A stretch of 64,000 nt of DNA. Origin: an uncultured bacterium. Lineage in GTDB: Bacteria > Babelota > Babeliae > Babelales > Babelaceae. The stretch lies in contig CAWGPQ010000014.1 in the NCBI GenBank assembly GCA_963824495.1, positions 32,001-96,000 on the forward strand. Direction: 5' to 3'. Both the position numbers and the translations under genes were made by a program. Position 1 is the stretch's first letter; each line of letters opens with the position of its first letter. The notes beneath the pieces are model-generated. The model searched no databases and was not told the DNA's origin. It was given only the letters and a program-made list of their open reading frames with translations. This document shows, one piece after another, positions 29,012 through 38,983 of the stretch.

Positions 29012-29087
29012 GCGGGAATAGCTCAGCTGGTAGAGTGTTGCCTTGCCAAGGCAAAGGTCGCGGGTTCGAATCCCGTTTCCCGCTCCA
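29012..29087 (+). tRNA. tRNA-Gly(GCC)
   Basis: 76-nt cloverleaf: GCGGGAA/TTCCCGC acceptor stem, TTGCC-TTGCCAA-GGCAA anticodon arm, TTCGAAT T-loop, encoded CCA. Confidence 0.97.
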
Positions 29088-29216
29088 GATTATATCTTAC
29101 TCTCTAGGCATGTATACAATTCCTTTCACACGTCTTTTAATACGTAATAAGCAAGTATGCTTGGCTCTCTATAAGTATAAAACAATTTTTATGTTCATGC
29201 TAAAAAGGCACCATTT

Positions 29217-29894
29217 ATGAAATCAGTTATGCAGGAAGCATCATCGCTTATTAAAGCTATAGAACAGGGTTGGATTAAGGCGGGTCAGCCTCAAGAATTT
29301 TCTATAAAAATTTTAGAGGAACCACAGAAAAATTTTATTGGCATGACCATACGCTCTGCAAAAATAGCTCTCTTTTTTGACGAAAAACCCCTTGGAAAAG
29401 CTGTTGAACAGGCTCACAAAGCAAGACCACAGAATGGACAGCGTGAGTATGAGCGGCCTAAGCCAGTGCAACGTCAGCAGCCACCTAAAGAAATGCCGGA
29501 AGCAAAAATAGAGATTAAAGTTGCTCAGGAAGGAAGCGTAGAAGAGCAACAAGCTCAAAAAACACGGGCTCAAAAGCCAACACAACAGCGACAGTTACCT
29601 ATATTGTGGACTGAGTCCATGGTACATCAAGCGCAAGCGTGGCTTAGTGAAACGCTTGCTAACATGAACTTGGGGCATATTACGTTTACCATTGAGCCGC
29701 AACAATTCTATCTTCGCATTACGCTGAGTGATCACTTATTGCAAGACCGTGATAAAGAAAAGCAATTGCTTGCTAGTTTTGCAACATTACTCTTGGAGAC
29801 TCTTAAGCACGCGTTTAAAACAGGGCTACGAGGTCATAAAATAGTTCTTACGCATGCGGATGGTTTGTATCATGATACAACACATCCGCGATGA
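29217..29894 (+). CDS. jag: Jag N-terminal domain protein (Jag/EloR-like; R3H domain not evident)
   Basis: EASSLIKAIEQG...IKILEEPQKNFIGM N-terminus; low-complexity linker; directly upstream of mnmE. Confidence 0.65.
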   Translation: MKSVMQEASSLIKAIEQGWIKAGQPQEFSIKILEEPQKNFIGMTIRSAKIALFFDEKPLGKAVEQAHKARPQNGQREYERPKPVQRQQPPKEMPEAKIEIKVAQEGSVEEQQAQKTRAQKPTQQRQLPILWTESMVHQAQAWLSETLANMNLGHITFTIEPQQFYLRITLSDHLLQDRDKEKQLLASFATLLLETLKHAFKTGLRGHKIVLTHADGLYHDTTHPR

Positions 29895-31251
29895 TGAAAC
29901 GATTATAGCACAGTGTACACCTCGTGGTAATGGTGCCCTTGCGTTAATTAGGATTTCTGGGATCAGTGCTCGTTCTATAGCAAACAACATGAGCAAGCTA
30001 CCCGGTAATAAGCGGCTTATTAATCAAGAAAGTCATACGGTGCACTATGGTTGGGTTATTGATCACGAGGGAAAACCTATTGATCAGGTGCTTTTTATTG
30101 TTATGGATGCCCCGCGCACTTTTACCGGACAAGACACCATTGAGATTACCTGTCATAATAACCAATTTTTAATAGAAGCAATTATTGAGCAAGCGATTTC
30201 CCGTGGCGCACGTTTAGCTCAACCGGGTGAGTTTACGCGTCGTGCCTTTATGCTGGGAAAAATTGATTTGATTCAAGCAGAAGCTATTAATGAGCTTATT
30301 CAAGCTCAGACTCAGATGGCGCTTAAGAAATCACTTGCTCAGCTTGATGGTAGCTTTTCTTACTGGGTAGAAATTATAGAGAAAGAGTTGATAAAAACAC
30401 TTGCCTGGTGCGAAGCAAGTTTTGAGTTTCTTGATGAAGAGGGTGACTTTGGTGATCATCTTAAGCTCTATCTTGATCGTATTTTTGAGAAGCTTACTGA
30501 TATTAAAAAGACTTTTAATGCGCAGCAACAGATACGGCAAGGGGTTCGTATAGCCTTAATAGGTTCCGTCAATGCTGGTAAATCGTCGCTTTTTAACATG
30601 CTCTTGAATCAAAAACGCTCTATTGTTACCGATATTGCTGGTACTACACGTGACAGTATAGAAGCAGGTCTTTATAGAAATGGAAACTACTGGACGCTTA
30701 TTGATACAGCAGGTTTACGCAGTACTAACGATAGTATAGAACAGGCTGGCATTCAACGGTCGCTTGATGAAGCTCATAGTGCTGATATTATCATTCTCGT
30801 GCTGGATGGCTCGCGGTTATTAGCAGCTGAAGAAACTCAAGTTTACCAGAATATTATAGCTAATTACGGTACGAAAGTACTTTTAGTGCAGAATAAATGT
30901 GATCTGCCCGAAGCTGCAACATGCTTGTCTGGAAAAACTTGTATTAAAGTTTCCAGCATGACGGGTGCTTATAGCGATGTTCTTGAGCAAGCTCTTGAAG
31001 AAAAAATTATCCAATTATTTGCCGCAAGCGAATCACCATTCTTGGTTAATCAACGCCAATATAATCTTTTAATGGGACTTGAAAGGCGTTTACATGCTAT
31101 ACAAACTCTGCTTACGTCTTCTGCTATTGCCTATGAACTTGTTTCATATCACCTTAAAGATGCGCTCGAGTGCCTAAGTGAATTAACTGGCAAAACGGTA
31201 AGCGAAGTTGGTATGAATGCTGTATTTAAAGAGTTTTGTGTAGGTAAATAA
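29872..31251 (+). CDS. mnmE: tRNA modification GTPase MnmE
   Basis: GEFTRRAF, DLIQAEA, GSVNAGKSS, GTTRD, DTAG, NKCD, C-terminal FCVGK. Confidence 0.97.
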   Translation: MIQHIRDDETIIAQCTPRGNGALALIRISGISARSIANNMSKLPGNKRLINQESHTVHYGWVIDHEGKPIDQVLFIVMDAPRTFTGQDTIEITCHNNQFLIEAIIEQAISRGARLAQPGEFTRRAFMLGKIDLIQAEAINELIQAQTQMALKKSLAQLDGSFSYWVEIIEKELIKTLAWCEASFEFLDEEGDFGDHLKLYLDRIFEKLTDIKKTFNAQQQIRQGVRIALIGSVNAGKSSLFNMLLNQKRSIVTDIAGTTRDSIEAGLYRNGNYWTLIDTAGLRSTNDSIEQAGIQRSLDEAHSADIIILVLDGSRLLAAEETQVYQNIIANYGTKVLLVQNKCDLPEAATCLSGKTCIKVSSMTGAYSDVLEQALEEKIIQLFAASESPFLVNQRQYNLLMGLERRLHAIQTLLTSSAIAYELVSYHLKDALECLSELTGKTVSEVGMNAVFKEFCVGK

Positions 31252-31265
31252 CAGGTGCTTGATTA

Positions 31266-32480
31266 TTAAGCAGCGCTTGCAGCAGGTGCTAACGTTGTGT
31301 CTTTTCGGTCAAGATAGAAAGACAGGTTTCGATGAAGATGCGGAAAATCAGGGTGAGCCTCAAGGGCTTTGCGTACAGCATCTTCCCCAACATCATAATT
31401 GCCAATGTACCAGGAGCAGCGTCCAAGAACATCGTAGCGTTCATAATCATAAAGTTCTGACTCAACAAACAGGAGATCCTGTTTTGGATAAGGGATCCGG
31501 CAAGCTGGTTGTGCAAAAAGATCACATGAAGCCATCTTATCCTGTGCCAAATAGTGCCGTGCTATATGAATTAAGGGTTCAGCACGGGTAGGACGAAGCT
31601 CGTATGCTGTTAAATAGCTATCAAGAGCAATTGGCCACATGTCAGGGCCTAACTGTTCGGCAGCCTCGCCAAGGCGACAGTAGGCTATGAAATTCTCTTC
31701 AGACCAGCCTTGTAGCTTTACGCGCTCTTTGTAGTAGGTATAAGCACTTTCCCAGTCGCCCAAACAGGCACATGTTTGGGCTAGGTAAAAAACGGTTCGG
31801 GGATCACGAGGATTTTTTTTGTAGCGGGCAAGCAGGATATCTTTATCATGCAACCAACGACGAGCAGACTTGGCTTGACTTTCTTTGGTACGGCATACCT
31901 TGAATGTTACACTTGAAGGAACCTTTGCTGTTGCATAGATAGCCTCGTGAATATCACCATCATGAATAAAACGTGCGCCAAAATGACAACGGGTAAGGCG
32001 TGCTTGGTAAAAATGAGTTCCCCCCATACAGAGTCTCACGAGATAAGCAGCTTGATGTCCATTATATGCTTCGTGTTGGCAGAAGGCTATAAGATCAGAT
32101 CCATTTTCGAGATACCACTCTGCATCTGGCATGAGCAGGAATGCTGCATGAGGAAATTTTTCTTCTGCTAGATCAAGTGCTCTATTACGGGATGTGGCAA
32201 AATCAATAAAGGGCTCTTGGATAACATAGGTCTGAGAGAGAGCATGTTCGGCAAAATATTCGTTAACCACTTCGACAGTTGTATCAGTTGATCCGGTATC
32301 AAAGATAAGAAAAGCGGTAATGCCAGCTTCTCGCAAGGGATCAAGCGTTTGGCGAATGACAGATGCCTCGTCCTTGATCATACACACAGCCACAATTAAT
32401 GGGTCATAGGCGTAGTTATGTGCATAAGTACTAGTGCAGAAGATACTAACAAATAGTGCTTTATATATAACATGCTTCAT
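31266..32480 (-). CDS. Secreted GT2-like glycosyltransferase with TPR repeats
   Basis: MIKDE, DTGSTD, FIDFATSRN, DAEW, HE; TPR-like FYLAQT and PTRAEPL. Confidence 0.8.
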   Translation of the reverse strand: MKHVIYKALFVSIFCTSTYAHNYAYDPLIVAVCMIKDEASVIRQTLDPLREAGITAFLIFDTGSTDTTVEVVNEYFAEHALSQTYVIQEPFIDFATSRNRALDLAEEKFPHAAFLLMPDAEWYLENGSDLIAFCQHEAYNGHQAAYLVRLCMGGTHFYQARLTRCHFGARFIHDGDIHEAIYATAKVPSSVTFKVCRTKESQAKSARRWLHDKDILLARYKKNPRDPRTVFYLAQTCACLGDWESAYTYYKERVKLQGWSEENFIAYCRLGEAAEQLGPDMWPIALDSYLTAYELRPTRAEPLIHIARHYLAQDKMASCDLFAQPACRIPYPKQDLLFVESELYDYERYDVLGRCSWYIGNYDVGEDAVRKALEAHPDFPHLHRNLSFYLDRKDTTLAPAASAA

Positions 32481-32504
32481 ATGATCGCCTTTTTAATCAC
32501 GTTT

Positions 32505-33179
32505 TTATGACCTGAGCACGTAGAATTCTACACGACGGTTAGGTGCTTGTTGCTCCATAGTTCCTTGAGGCACAATACAAAGTTCAGAGCCACGGCCTAC
32601 CGTTTTGAGTAAATGTCGCGGGATACCATGCTCAACAAGATAGTCAGCAACGGCTTGGGCACGTTTACTCGAGAGCATAATATTATATACTGCTGATTTT
32701 GTAAATTTGCAAGCATGGCCTTCGATAATAATGGTGTAACCCTTTTGTGTAAGCTTACTAATAAGATTGAGATTATAATCAAGGACAGGTTTTTGCTGTG
32801 GGTGTAATTCAAATTCATCGTATGCAAAATAGATCGTTTTTAAGCCATGTTGTGCTTGATCGTGCTGTGTATCAGATGTAAATGCCTGAGCCGTGGCATC
32901 AAGTGCCTCATGGGGAACGAGCTGTATAGTGTGGTCTCCAGAGGGGGAATTTATAAACGGATTAGAATCTTCATCAAGAACGAATGCTTCTACGTCATCG
33001 TCAAAAATACTTTTTTTGGTATTTTTATTATAGCCTTCAGCATCTCTATCTTTAGGATCTTCAGAAGTTGACGTTGTAGTTGTATGAGGAACAGAGCTTG
33101 TTGAAGCAGGGTTCTGTAAGCAAGCAGGAAGTAATAAGATTAAGCACATAATAAAAACCAGATTTTTTTTCATAAGCAA
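32505..33179 (-). CDS. OmpA/Pal-like peptidoglycan-associated lipoprotein
   Basis: Lipobox LPAC; IYFAYD, IEGHA, LSSKRAQAV, NRRVEF. Confidence 0.85.
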   Translation of the reverse strand: MLMKKNLVFIMCLILLLPACLQNPASTSSVPHTTTTSTSEDPKDRDAEGYNKNTKKSIFDDDVEAFVLDEDSNPFINSPSGDHTIQLVPHEALDATAQAFTSDTQHDQAQHGLKTIYFAYDEFELHPQQKPVLDYNLNLISKLTQKGYTIIIEGHACKFTKSAVYNIMLSSKRAQAVADYLVEHGIPRHLLKTVGRGSELCIVPQGTMEQQAPNRRVEFYVLRS

Positions 33180-33334
33180 TCCTTTGGGTAATCCTCATGA
33201 TGTGTAACTGAGTGAAACGGAATGTACCATAAATTTTAAGGATTTTCTACTATTTGTCGCGAAGATCGGTTATTATTAATAGTATAAAGCTTTAAGTAAT
33301 TTTAAGATGCTCTACGAAATTTATGTGGATACCA

Positions 33335-34861
33335 ATGAAAAAAATCTTAATTAACGATAATCCATGGCAAACACGAATTGCTATTACGCGTGACGACGCA
33401 CTACAAAATATTTATTTTGGCTCGCATGCGATAGAGACACTTGAGCGAAGCTTTTTTAAAGGCAGCGTTATCAAAGTATTGCCTGGCATACAAACAGCAT
33501 TTGTTGATATAGGACAAGAGCGTGCAGGCTTTCTTCATATATCTGAAGTTGATCGTGAGCTGGCACTTCAGCGTATGACGAGTGGTGATCAGCTTGAGGA
33601 TATTGAAGAAGATGAGCAGTTTCGTAAGATTGAGCCGGTAATACGGCCTGAGCCTGATATTAGCAAAATCTTTAAAGAAGGCGAAACTGTTCTGGTACAA
33701 GTTAGTAAAGAGCCTGTATATGAAAAAGGAGCAAAGCTAACAACCTGCTTTACGCTACCTGGACGATTTTTGGTACTCATGCCCAATATACCGCGTATTG
33801 GTATTTCCAAAAAAATTGAAGAAAAAGAAGAACGACAGCGTCTACGTGAGTTATTGACACAGAATTTGCCCGAAGGTATGGGCGCTATTATTAGAACAAC
33901 CTCAGAACATCAAGGATCTCAAGAGATATTGCAAGATTTATCCTACTTGATAGATACCTGGAATACCATTTTAAAGCGCTATCAAGAGGCTAAGCCAGAG
34001 GAAAAAATTTACGAAGATATTGATATATCACTACAAGCAGTTCGCGATCATCTTGATACCGATGTTGAGGCCGTTATCTGTGACGATCAAGATACACAAG
34101 CACGGATTTATAAATTTGTTAAAAATATTGCGCCTGAGCAGGCACATAAGGTCCGATACTATAAGGGTCCGCCAACTTTATTTGAAAAATATGGGATAGA
34201 AAAACAGATTGAGCAAGCACTCAATAAAAAAGTATATCTTAAATCTGGTGGGTCATTAATTATAGAGACAGCAGAGGCAATGACAGTTATTGACGTCAAT
34301 ACGGGACGCTATACGGGTCAAAGCAATCTTGAAGATACGATTTTAAAGACCAATCTTGAAGCTGCCGAAGAAGTAGTACGTCAATTACGCTTGCGTAATA
34401 TCGGTGGTCTGATCGTTATAGATTTTATTGATATGGCAACTGCTGCTAATCGCCAAAAGCTCTATCGGGTACTTGAAAAAACGCTGAAAGAACGAGATAA
34501 ATTTCAGTCAGTAGTCCTCAAAGTATCTGAATTTGGTCTTGTTCAAATGACACGTAAACGTTCAGGCAAAACGCTTGTTCAACAAATGACTCAGACCTGC
34601 CCTACCTGTAACGGCCTGGGTTTTGTTCGATCTTTGCAAACCGAGGCATATGCTATTTTACGTAAACTAAAAGAAGGCCTTGACAGTAAAGCACTTAAAA
34701 ACACTATAACGCTTACGGTGCATCCCATTGTCTTGCAGTATATTGCCGGCGTTGAATATAACTCTATTCTCCAGCTTGAAAGAAGCTATGCATGTAAAAT
34801 TGTGCTTATTGGTCAAGAAGATATGCATCGAGGTGATTACGTGATTGACTCGTCATCTTAA
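33335..34861 (+). CDS. rng: Rne/Rng family ribonuclease
   Basis: S1 domain (AFVDIG...GFLH), IDVNTG, LRNIGGLIVIDFIDM, CPTCNG. Confidence 0.93.
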   Translation: MKKILINDNPWQTRIAITRDDALQNIYFGSHAIETLERSFFKGSVIKVLPGIQTAFVDIGQERAGFLHISEVDRELALQRMTSGDQLEDIEEDEQFRKIEPVIRPEPDISKIFKEGETVLVQVSKEPVYEKGAKLTTCFTLPGRFLVLMPNIPRIGISKKIEEKEERQRLRELLTQNLPEGMGAIIRTTSEHQGSQEILQDLSYLIDTWNTILKRYQEAKPEEKIYEDIDISLQAVRDHLDTDVEAVICDDQDTQARIYKFVKNIAPEQAHKVRYYKGPPTLFEKYGIEKQIEQALNKKVYLKSGGSLIIETAEAMTVIDVNTGRYTGQSNLEDTILKTNLEAAEEVVRQLRLRNIGGLIVIDFIDMATAANRQKLYRVLEKTLKERDKFQSVVLKVSEFGLVQMTRKRSGKTLVQQMTQTCPTCNGLGFVRSLQTEAYAILRKLKEGLDSKALKNTITLTVHPIVLQYIAGVEYNSILQLERSYACKIVLIGQEDMHRGDYVIDSSS

Positions 34862-36477
34862 TATTCACCACATGGAAAAGCAGGGAGATTTTTTCTGCTG
34901 AGCTTATTTAAGGGATTAGTCGGGCTTGGATATGTGGTAACCAGTGGTGGTATAAAAAGGGGCATCAAAATTCCCGAGTTTACTACGTCTGGTGTAGTGA
35001 GCTTAGGGAAGTTATGAGGTGAGGCCAAAAGATAGCGACCATAGTTGTTGATAAAATAGCCATGAAAGTGACTCGGTAACACATTTAAGCGAATACAGGA
35101 GCTTTTTTGTTCGGCAAGCATGTGCTGAACAAGAGTTCGCACATTTTCACAAAAATTACCCTTTTTATAGGATGTTATTCTGTTTTTTAGCTGTCCCCGA
35201 TATGTTATATCGTTTACATAATGAGTGATGAGCTCTTCAAGTTCATGATAATTGGTGAAGGCATCACCGAAATGGTGAGCCTTAACGAATTCAACGTTAA
35301 GATCTTCCCACCAAACATGCGTTGTATTGTCCAAAATCATAGGTAGGCTCATGTGCAGTGCCTCGCAGATACTGGTTGGTCCAGGCTTGGTGATAAAAAT
35401 GTCAGAGATAGCCATGAGATCCGATATTCGAGGGGTAAATCCAATAATGGAAATACTCATCTGCTCAGGCAACCTAATCTTTTCTATTTTGTGACGTAGC
35501 TTTTCACTTCGTCCCAGGCATACAATAAGATGGATTGGGAGGTTCATACGTGCTATTCTGCGAACATAGCGATATGTTGTAATTGATCCTGAAGCTCCCA
35601 TGAGCAACATAATAATAGTTTTGCCGCTATCAGGTATGTCAAACTCTCTCTTGATTTTTATTGGGTCTTTTTTTTCTAAAAAGTCTGTGCGAACGGGAAA
35701 GCCGATAACCCCGATACGATCGGTTGTTATATGGGCTGGTAAAATTTTTTGCTTAATACGTGGGTCATTAAAGGGTAAGGCATAAAAAAAATTTTTATAT
35801 TCAGATGCGCGCAAGCCATTAATATAAAGGGTTGTATCAAAATCAACAGGTATTACCAAAAAGGGAATATTGAGCGTTTTAGCAACATTGGCGAGCGCTG
35901 CGTTTATAAATGGCATCACCGAAATAATTAAATCCGGTTGTTGCTGAGAAAGATACGAATACATCAGCTGCTCAATTTCCGGCTGTTGAGCTTGAAACCT
36001 GCGTAATCCTAGATGGGATAGCAGGTCTAAACACCAAATCCAGCGACTCGTTAAAAGATAGTTATATAGGTCCTCGCCAGTATAAGCATCAAAAGTAAGA
36101 AAGCGTACTGGGTCAAGGGGTGCAAGAATATCACGAAGTATATTAACCCCCTGAATCTCATAGATATCGCCTAGGTATTCCTCAAGTGCCTTAAATCCCG
36201 ATTTATGCCCACCGCCACCTTCACTAAAAAAGACCAATATTTTTTTTTTGATAGGTTCGCCCATTGTCATAGTATACGAAAAAAGTTGAAGGGGTGCCGC
36301 TATAGATAGCATGAGGTTGCTATAGTCAGGCATTAAAAATTTCCAATAATTTCCTAGATTGGCAGGATAGAAATTATTCTCCATTGCTTGCCAATCATGG
36401 GCAACTTCATAGCAATAGCTGCCTAGTGTTGCTGAGAACATACTGCTGGCCAAGAGTAAAACGCGCTTTGTTATCAT
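34858..36477 (-). CDS. MGDG synthase / UgtP-like GT28 glycosyltransferase
   Basis: GGGGHKS, GFPVR, LMAISD, ITKPG. Confidence 0.8.
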   Translation of the reverse strand: MITKRVLLLASSMFSATLGSYCYEVAHDWQAMENNFYPANLGNYWKFLMPDYSNLMLSIAAPLQLFSYTMTMGEPIKKKILVFFSEGGGGHKSGFKALEEYLGDIYEIQGVNILRDILAPLDPVRFLTFDAYTGEDLYNYLLTSRWIWCLDLLSHLGLRRFQAQQPEIEQLMYSYLSQQQPDLIISVMPFINAALANVAKTLNIPFLVIPVDFDTTLYINGLRASEYKNFFYALPFNDPRIKQKILPAHITTDRIGVIGFPVRTDFLEKKDPIKIKREFDIPDSGKTIIMLLMGASGSITTYRYVRRIARMNLPIHLIVCLGRSEKLRHKIEKIRLPEQMSISIIGFTPRISDLMAISDIFITKPGPTSICEALHMSLPMILDNTTHVWWEDLNVEFVKAHHFGDAFTNYHELEELITHYVNDITYRGQLKNRITSYKKGNFCENVRTLVQHMLAEQKSSCIRLNVLPSHFHGYFINNYGRYLLASPHNFPKLTTPDVVNSGILMPLFIPPLVTTYPSPTNPLNKLSRKNLPAFPCGEY

Positions 36478-36734
36478 TGTAGATAGTTCAGTTTTTTGTA
36501 GTAAGAACTGTGGTTCACCAATGACTTATGAACGTGATGAACAAGCAATGGTGAAGATAAGCACGTTTGCCAAAGGTGTAGCTTTTTTTTATCACTATCT
36601 AGATTACTCAATTTGAGAAAAATAACAAGTCAATTTTTTGGTAAATATCTTATGGCTACACTATAGTTCGTGCACTTGCCCTAGTGCTTGTGCACACGTC
36701 GCACTCAGGTTATAGTAAAAAATAAAGGGATTCT

Positions 36735-37391
36735 ATGAACACACTACGATATTTAACTACTTCATTAGTATGTGCTACGATGAGCCCACAACCACTGTCT
36801 GAAGAATATAGTATAAATCAGCTTGAGGCAGATATAGCAGTACTTGATAAAGAACTGCGACACGAGGCCAGTGGTCTGGCTATCCAATGGTATAACGATT
36901 ACGTAAGCAATGTAATGCCTCATCAGCAAGCAGGTTTGGCAAGTTATAGTGCCGGCATAGTCTCAATAGATAATGATCTTATACTACAAGTTAGTGAAAG
37001 TAGCTGGGCGCAGCTTTTTAGCATGAGAGAGGAAGCAATTAGGGAGAAAGCAAATCTCTATGATAAATGTATGGGTACCCCTTTGCAGCCTGCTATTTAT
37101 GCTATGCCGGATCTTCAGAACAAAATAATGCTTGATCATATGCGTCATGTAAAGACAGCATTAAGGCCACTGCTGGAGTCAGGATTCATCGAAAGATGCA
37201 GTGTAATACAATTCTTAATTGAAGAGGAGGTAGATTTAATATTCTATTCAGTAGTTTATACTAATCTTGACTTTAACTTAAGGAACGAATTGCCAATTCC
37301 TGATACTTTACACCCTACTTATAGCTTATATGAATTCTTCCAAAATTTACTTAAAGATCATAGTGAGCTTGCGTATCATGAGGAACTTTGA
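36735..37391 (+). CDS. Hypothetical protein; stop codon lies within an IS-like end
   Basis: 218-aa ORF with AGGGA RBS; TGA at 37389-37391 is part of the TTGAC of the element end. Confidence 0.55.
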   Translation: MNTLRYLTTSLVCATMSPQPLSEEYSINQLEADIAVLDKELRHEASGLAIQWYNDYVSNVMPHQQAGLASYSAGIVSIDNDLILQVSESSWAQLFSMREEAIREKANLYDKCMGTPLQPAIYAMPDLQNKIMLDHMRHVKTALRPLLESGFIERCSVIQFLIEEEVDLIFYSVVYTNLDFNLRNELPIPDTLHPTYSLYEFFQNLLKDHSELAYHEEL

Positions 37392-37505
37392 CACTCACCA
37401 GTTTAAAAGCAGGTGATTCTTGTTTCAGCGACATAGCCTGCGAGAAAGATGCTTGGTTTTTGCATACTGTTGTCCTCTTGTGAGGTTTTACAGAGCATCG
37501 TAATT
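37388..37505 (-). mobile_element. IS200/IS605 (IS1341/TnpB-type) right-end remnant, omega-RNA-like
   Basis: Minus strand ...GTCGCTGAAACAAGAATCACCTGCTTTTAAACTGGTGAGTGTCAA: AGAATC + hairpin + GAGTGTCAA terminus; no tnpA/tnpB in the window. Confidence 0.65.
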
Positions 37506-37529
37506 CCAAAAGTTTTTGGCTATATGTGC

Positions 37530-38810
37530 TCAGGCTTCTTGAACAACAGGAATGTCTGAATGAGTATGTGATTTCTCATAATTGCCTTTAAGTGACAAGG
37601 CAACAAGAGAGCGTATCTCAGTTTCAAAGTGAGGTTTGCTGTAGTTCTTCAAAGCAGTCTTGATATATGACCGATAATTTGGAGTAAAGAGATAGTCTAT
37701 AAGCAGATCTTTAAGGTCGTTAAATGATGTTAATACATCGCCAAACTTATGATCCTGAATAAACGTAAGATTAAATCTCTCCCAGGGCAAGCAGCCCCGT
37801 GTATTATCAATAATAATCGGTACCTGTGCATGGAGCGCTTCGCACACGCTCACTGTACCAGGTTTGGTAATAAGTACATCGGATAGGGCCATGAGGTCAG
37901 CAACGCGTTGAGTAAAGCCAAAAATTGAGATACTCATGCCCGGTGGAAGTCTTATTGTTTCAATTGCTCTATGGAGGTGCTCATTGCGGCCAAGGCAGAC
38001 GATAATATGAAGAGGAAGTTTTGTCTTGGCTATATTTTTTACGTAATGATAACTTGCTTTTGACCCAAGTGATCCCATAAGGATCATGACTATGGGCTTA
38101 TCGGTAGGCACATTAAATTCACGTTTGAGTGCTGCTATGTCTTTTCGCTTTAAAAACTCAGAACGTATAGGAAATCCGAGAATACGAAGTTGCTCTTTGG
38201 GTATTTTCTTAGAGACAACAGATGAGAGCAGTGCTGGATCATCAAAAGCATAGGTGTAAAATAGCTGTTTGTGATAAGGCGCTTCAAGATTATCGACAAA
38301 ATCAGTTGCATCCAGATCAGTTGGTATAATAATTAATGGTAGGCTGAGTTCTTGAGTAACACGTGCTAAAGCCCCATTTACATGAGGTGCTACTGAGATG
38401 ACAAGGTCGGGCTTATGTGATGCTAAATAGTCATAAAGTAGCCTATCCATTGAGGATTGCTGCTGATCAATAACCCATGAGCCGAAAGAAGCAAGAATAT
38501 CTATACATCTGCTAGGAAGGCGAGTAAAGAGGTAATTGCAAAGATCTTCATTGCTATAACGTGAGTTAGTAATTGACCGTACTACATCAAGGGGACGTAA
38601 TGTTTCGCCAAAAATATTAACACGTGTTACTTCGTAATCATCGTGCAGGTAGCTTGCGAGTGCCGTACTTGCTGATATATGACCTCCGCCTATGCCGCAA
38701 AAGAATATGAGTATTTTTTTGCGCTGGTATTCCTGTGCGGTAGATATCTGAATACTTACTGCACTAAGAAGTAGCCAGAAAGTAATAGCACGCAGCTTGC
38801 TATGAAACAT
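37530..38810 (-). CDS. MGDG synthase / UgtP-like GT28 glycosyltransferase (paralog of 34858-36477)
   Basis: GGGHISA, PTD, GFPIR, LMALSD, ITKPG. Confidence 0.8.
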   Translation of the reverse strand: MFHSKLRAITFWLLLSAVSIQISTAQEYQRKKILIFFCGIGGGHISASTALASYLHDDYEVTRVNIFGETLRPLDVVRSITNSRYSNEDLCNYLFTRLPSRCIDILASFGSWVIDQQQSSMDRLLYDYLASHKPDLVISVAPHVNGALARVTQELSLPLIIIPTDLDATDFVDNLEAPYHKQLFYTYAFDDPALLSSVVSKKIPKEQLRILGFPIRSEFLKRKDIAALKREFNVPTDKPIVMILMGSLGSKASYHYVKNIAKTKLPLHIIVCLGRNEHLHRAIETIRLPPGMSISIFGFTQRVADLMALSDVLITKPGTVSVCEALHAQVPIIIDNTRGCLPWERFNLTFIQDHKFGDVLTSFNDLKDLLIDYLFTPNYRSYIKTALKNYSKPHFETEIRSLVALSLKGNYEKSHTHSDIPVVQEA

Positions 38811-38983
38811 TTTGATGAACCTTTTAAATAATTTTGTTTAATAAGGTCAGTATTAAAAGCTTCATAACTTTTTATAGTTTATTCTCATTGAGACAATCCG
38901 TCAAACTATATGGTTGTCAAATTTTGAGGTTATGGTAAAGTGGTAGAAGAAAAAGATCTAGATCAAACGAAGGAAATAACTGA

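Noticed and set aside
29012..29087. tRNA-Gly as an island integration site
   Set aside because: No duplicated tRNA 3' end or integrase seen; flanked by core genes
28945..29220. 91-aa ORF
   Set aside because: Reads through tRNA-Gly; spurious
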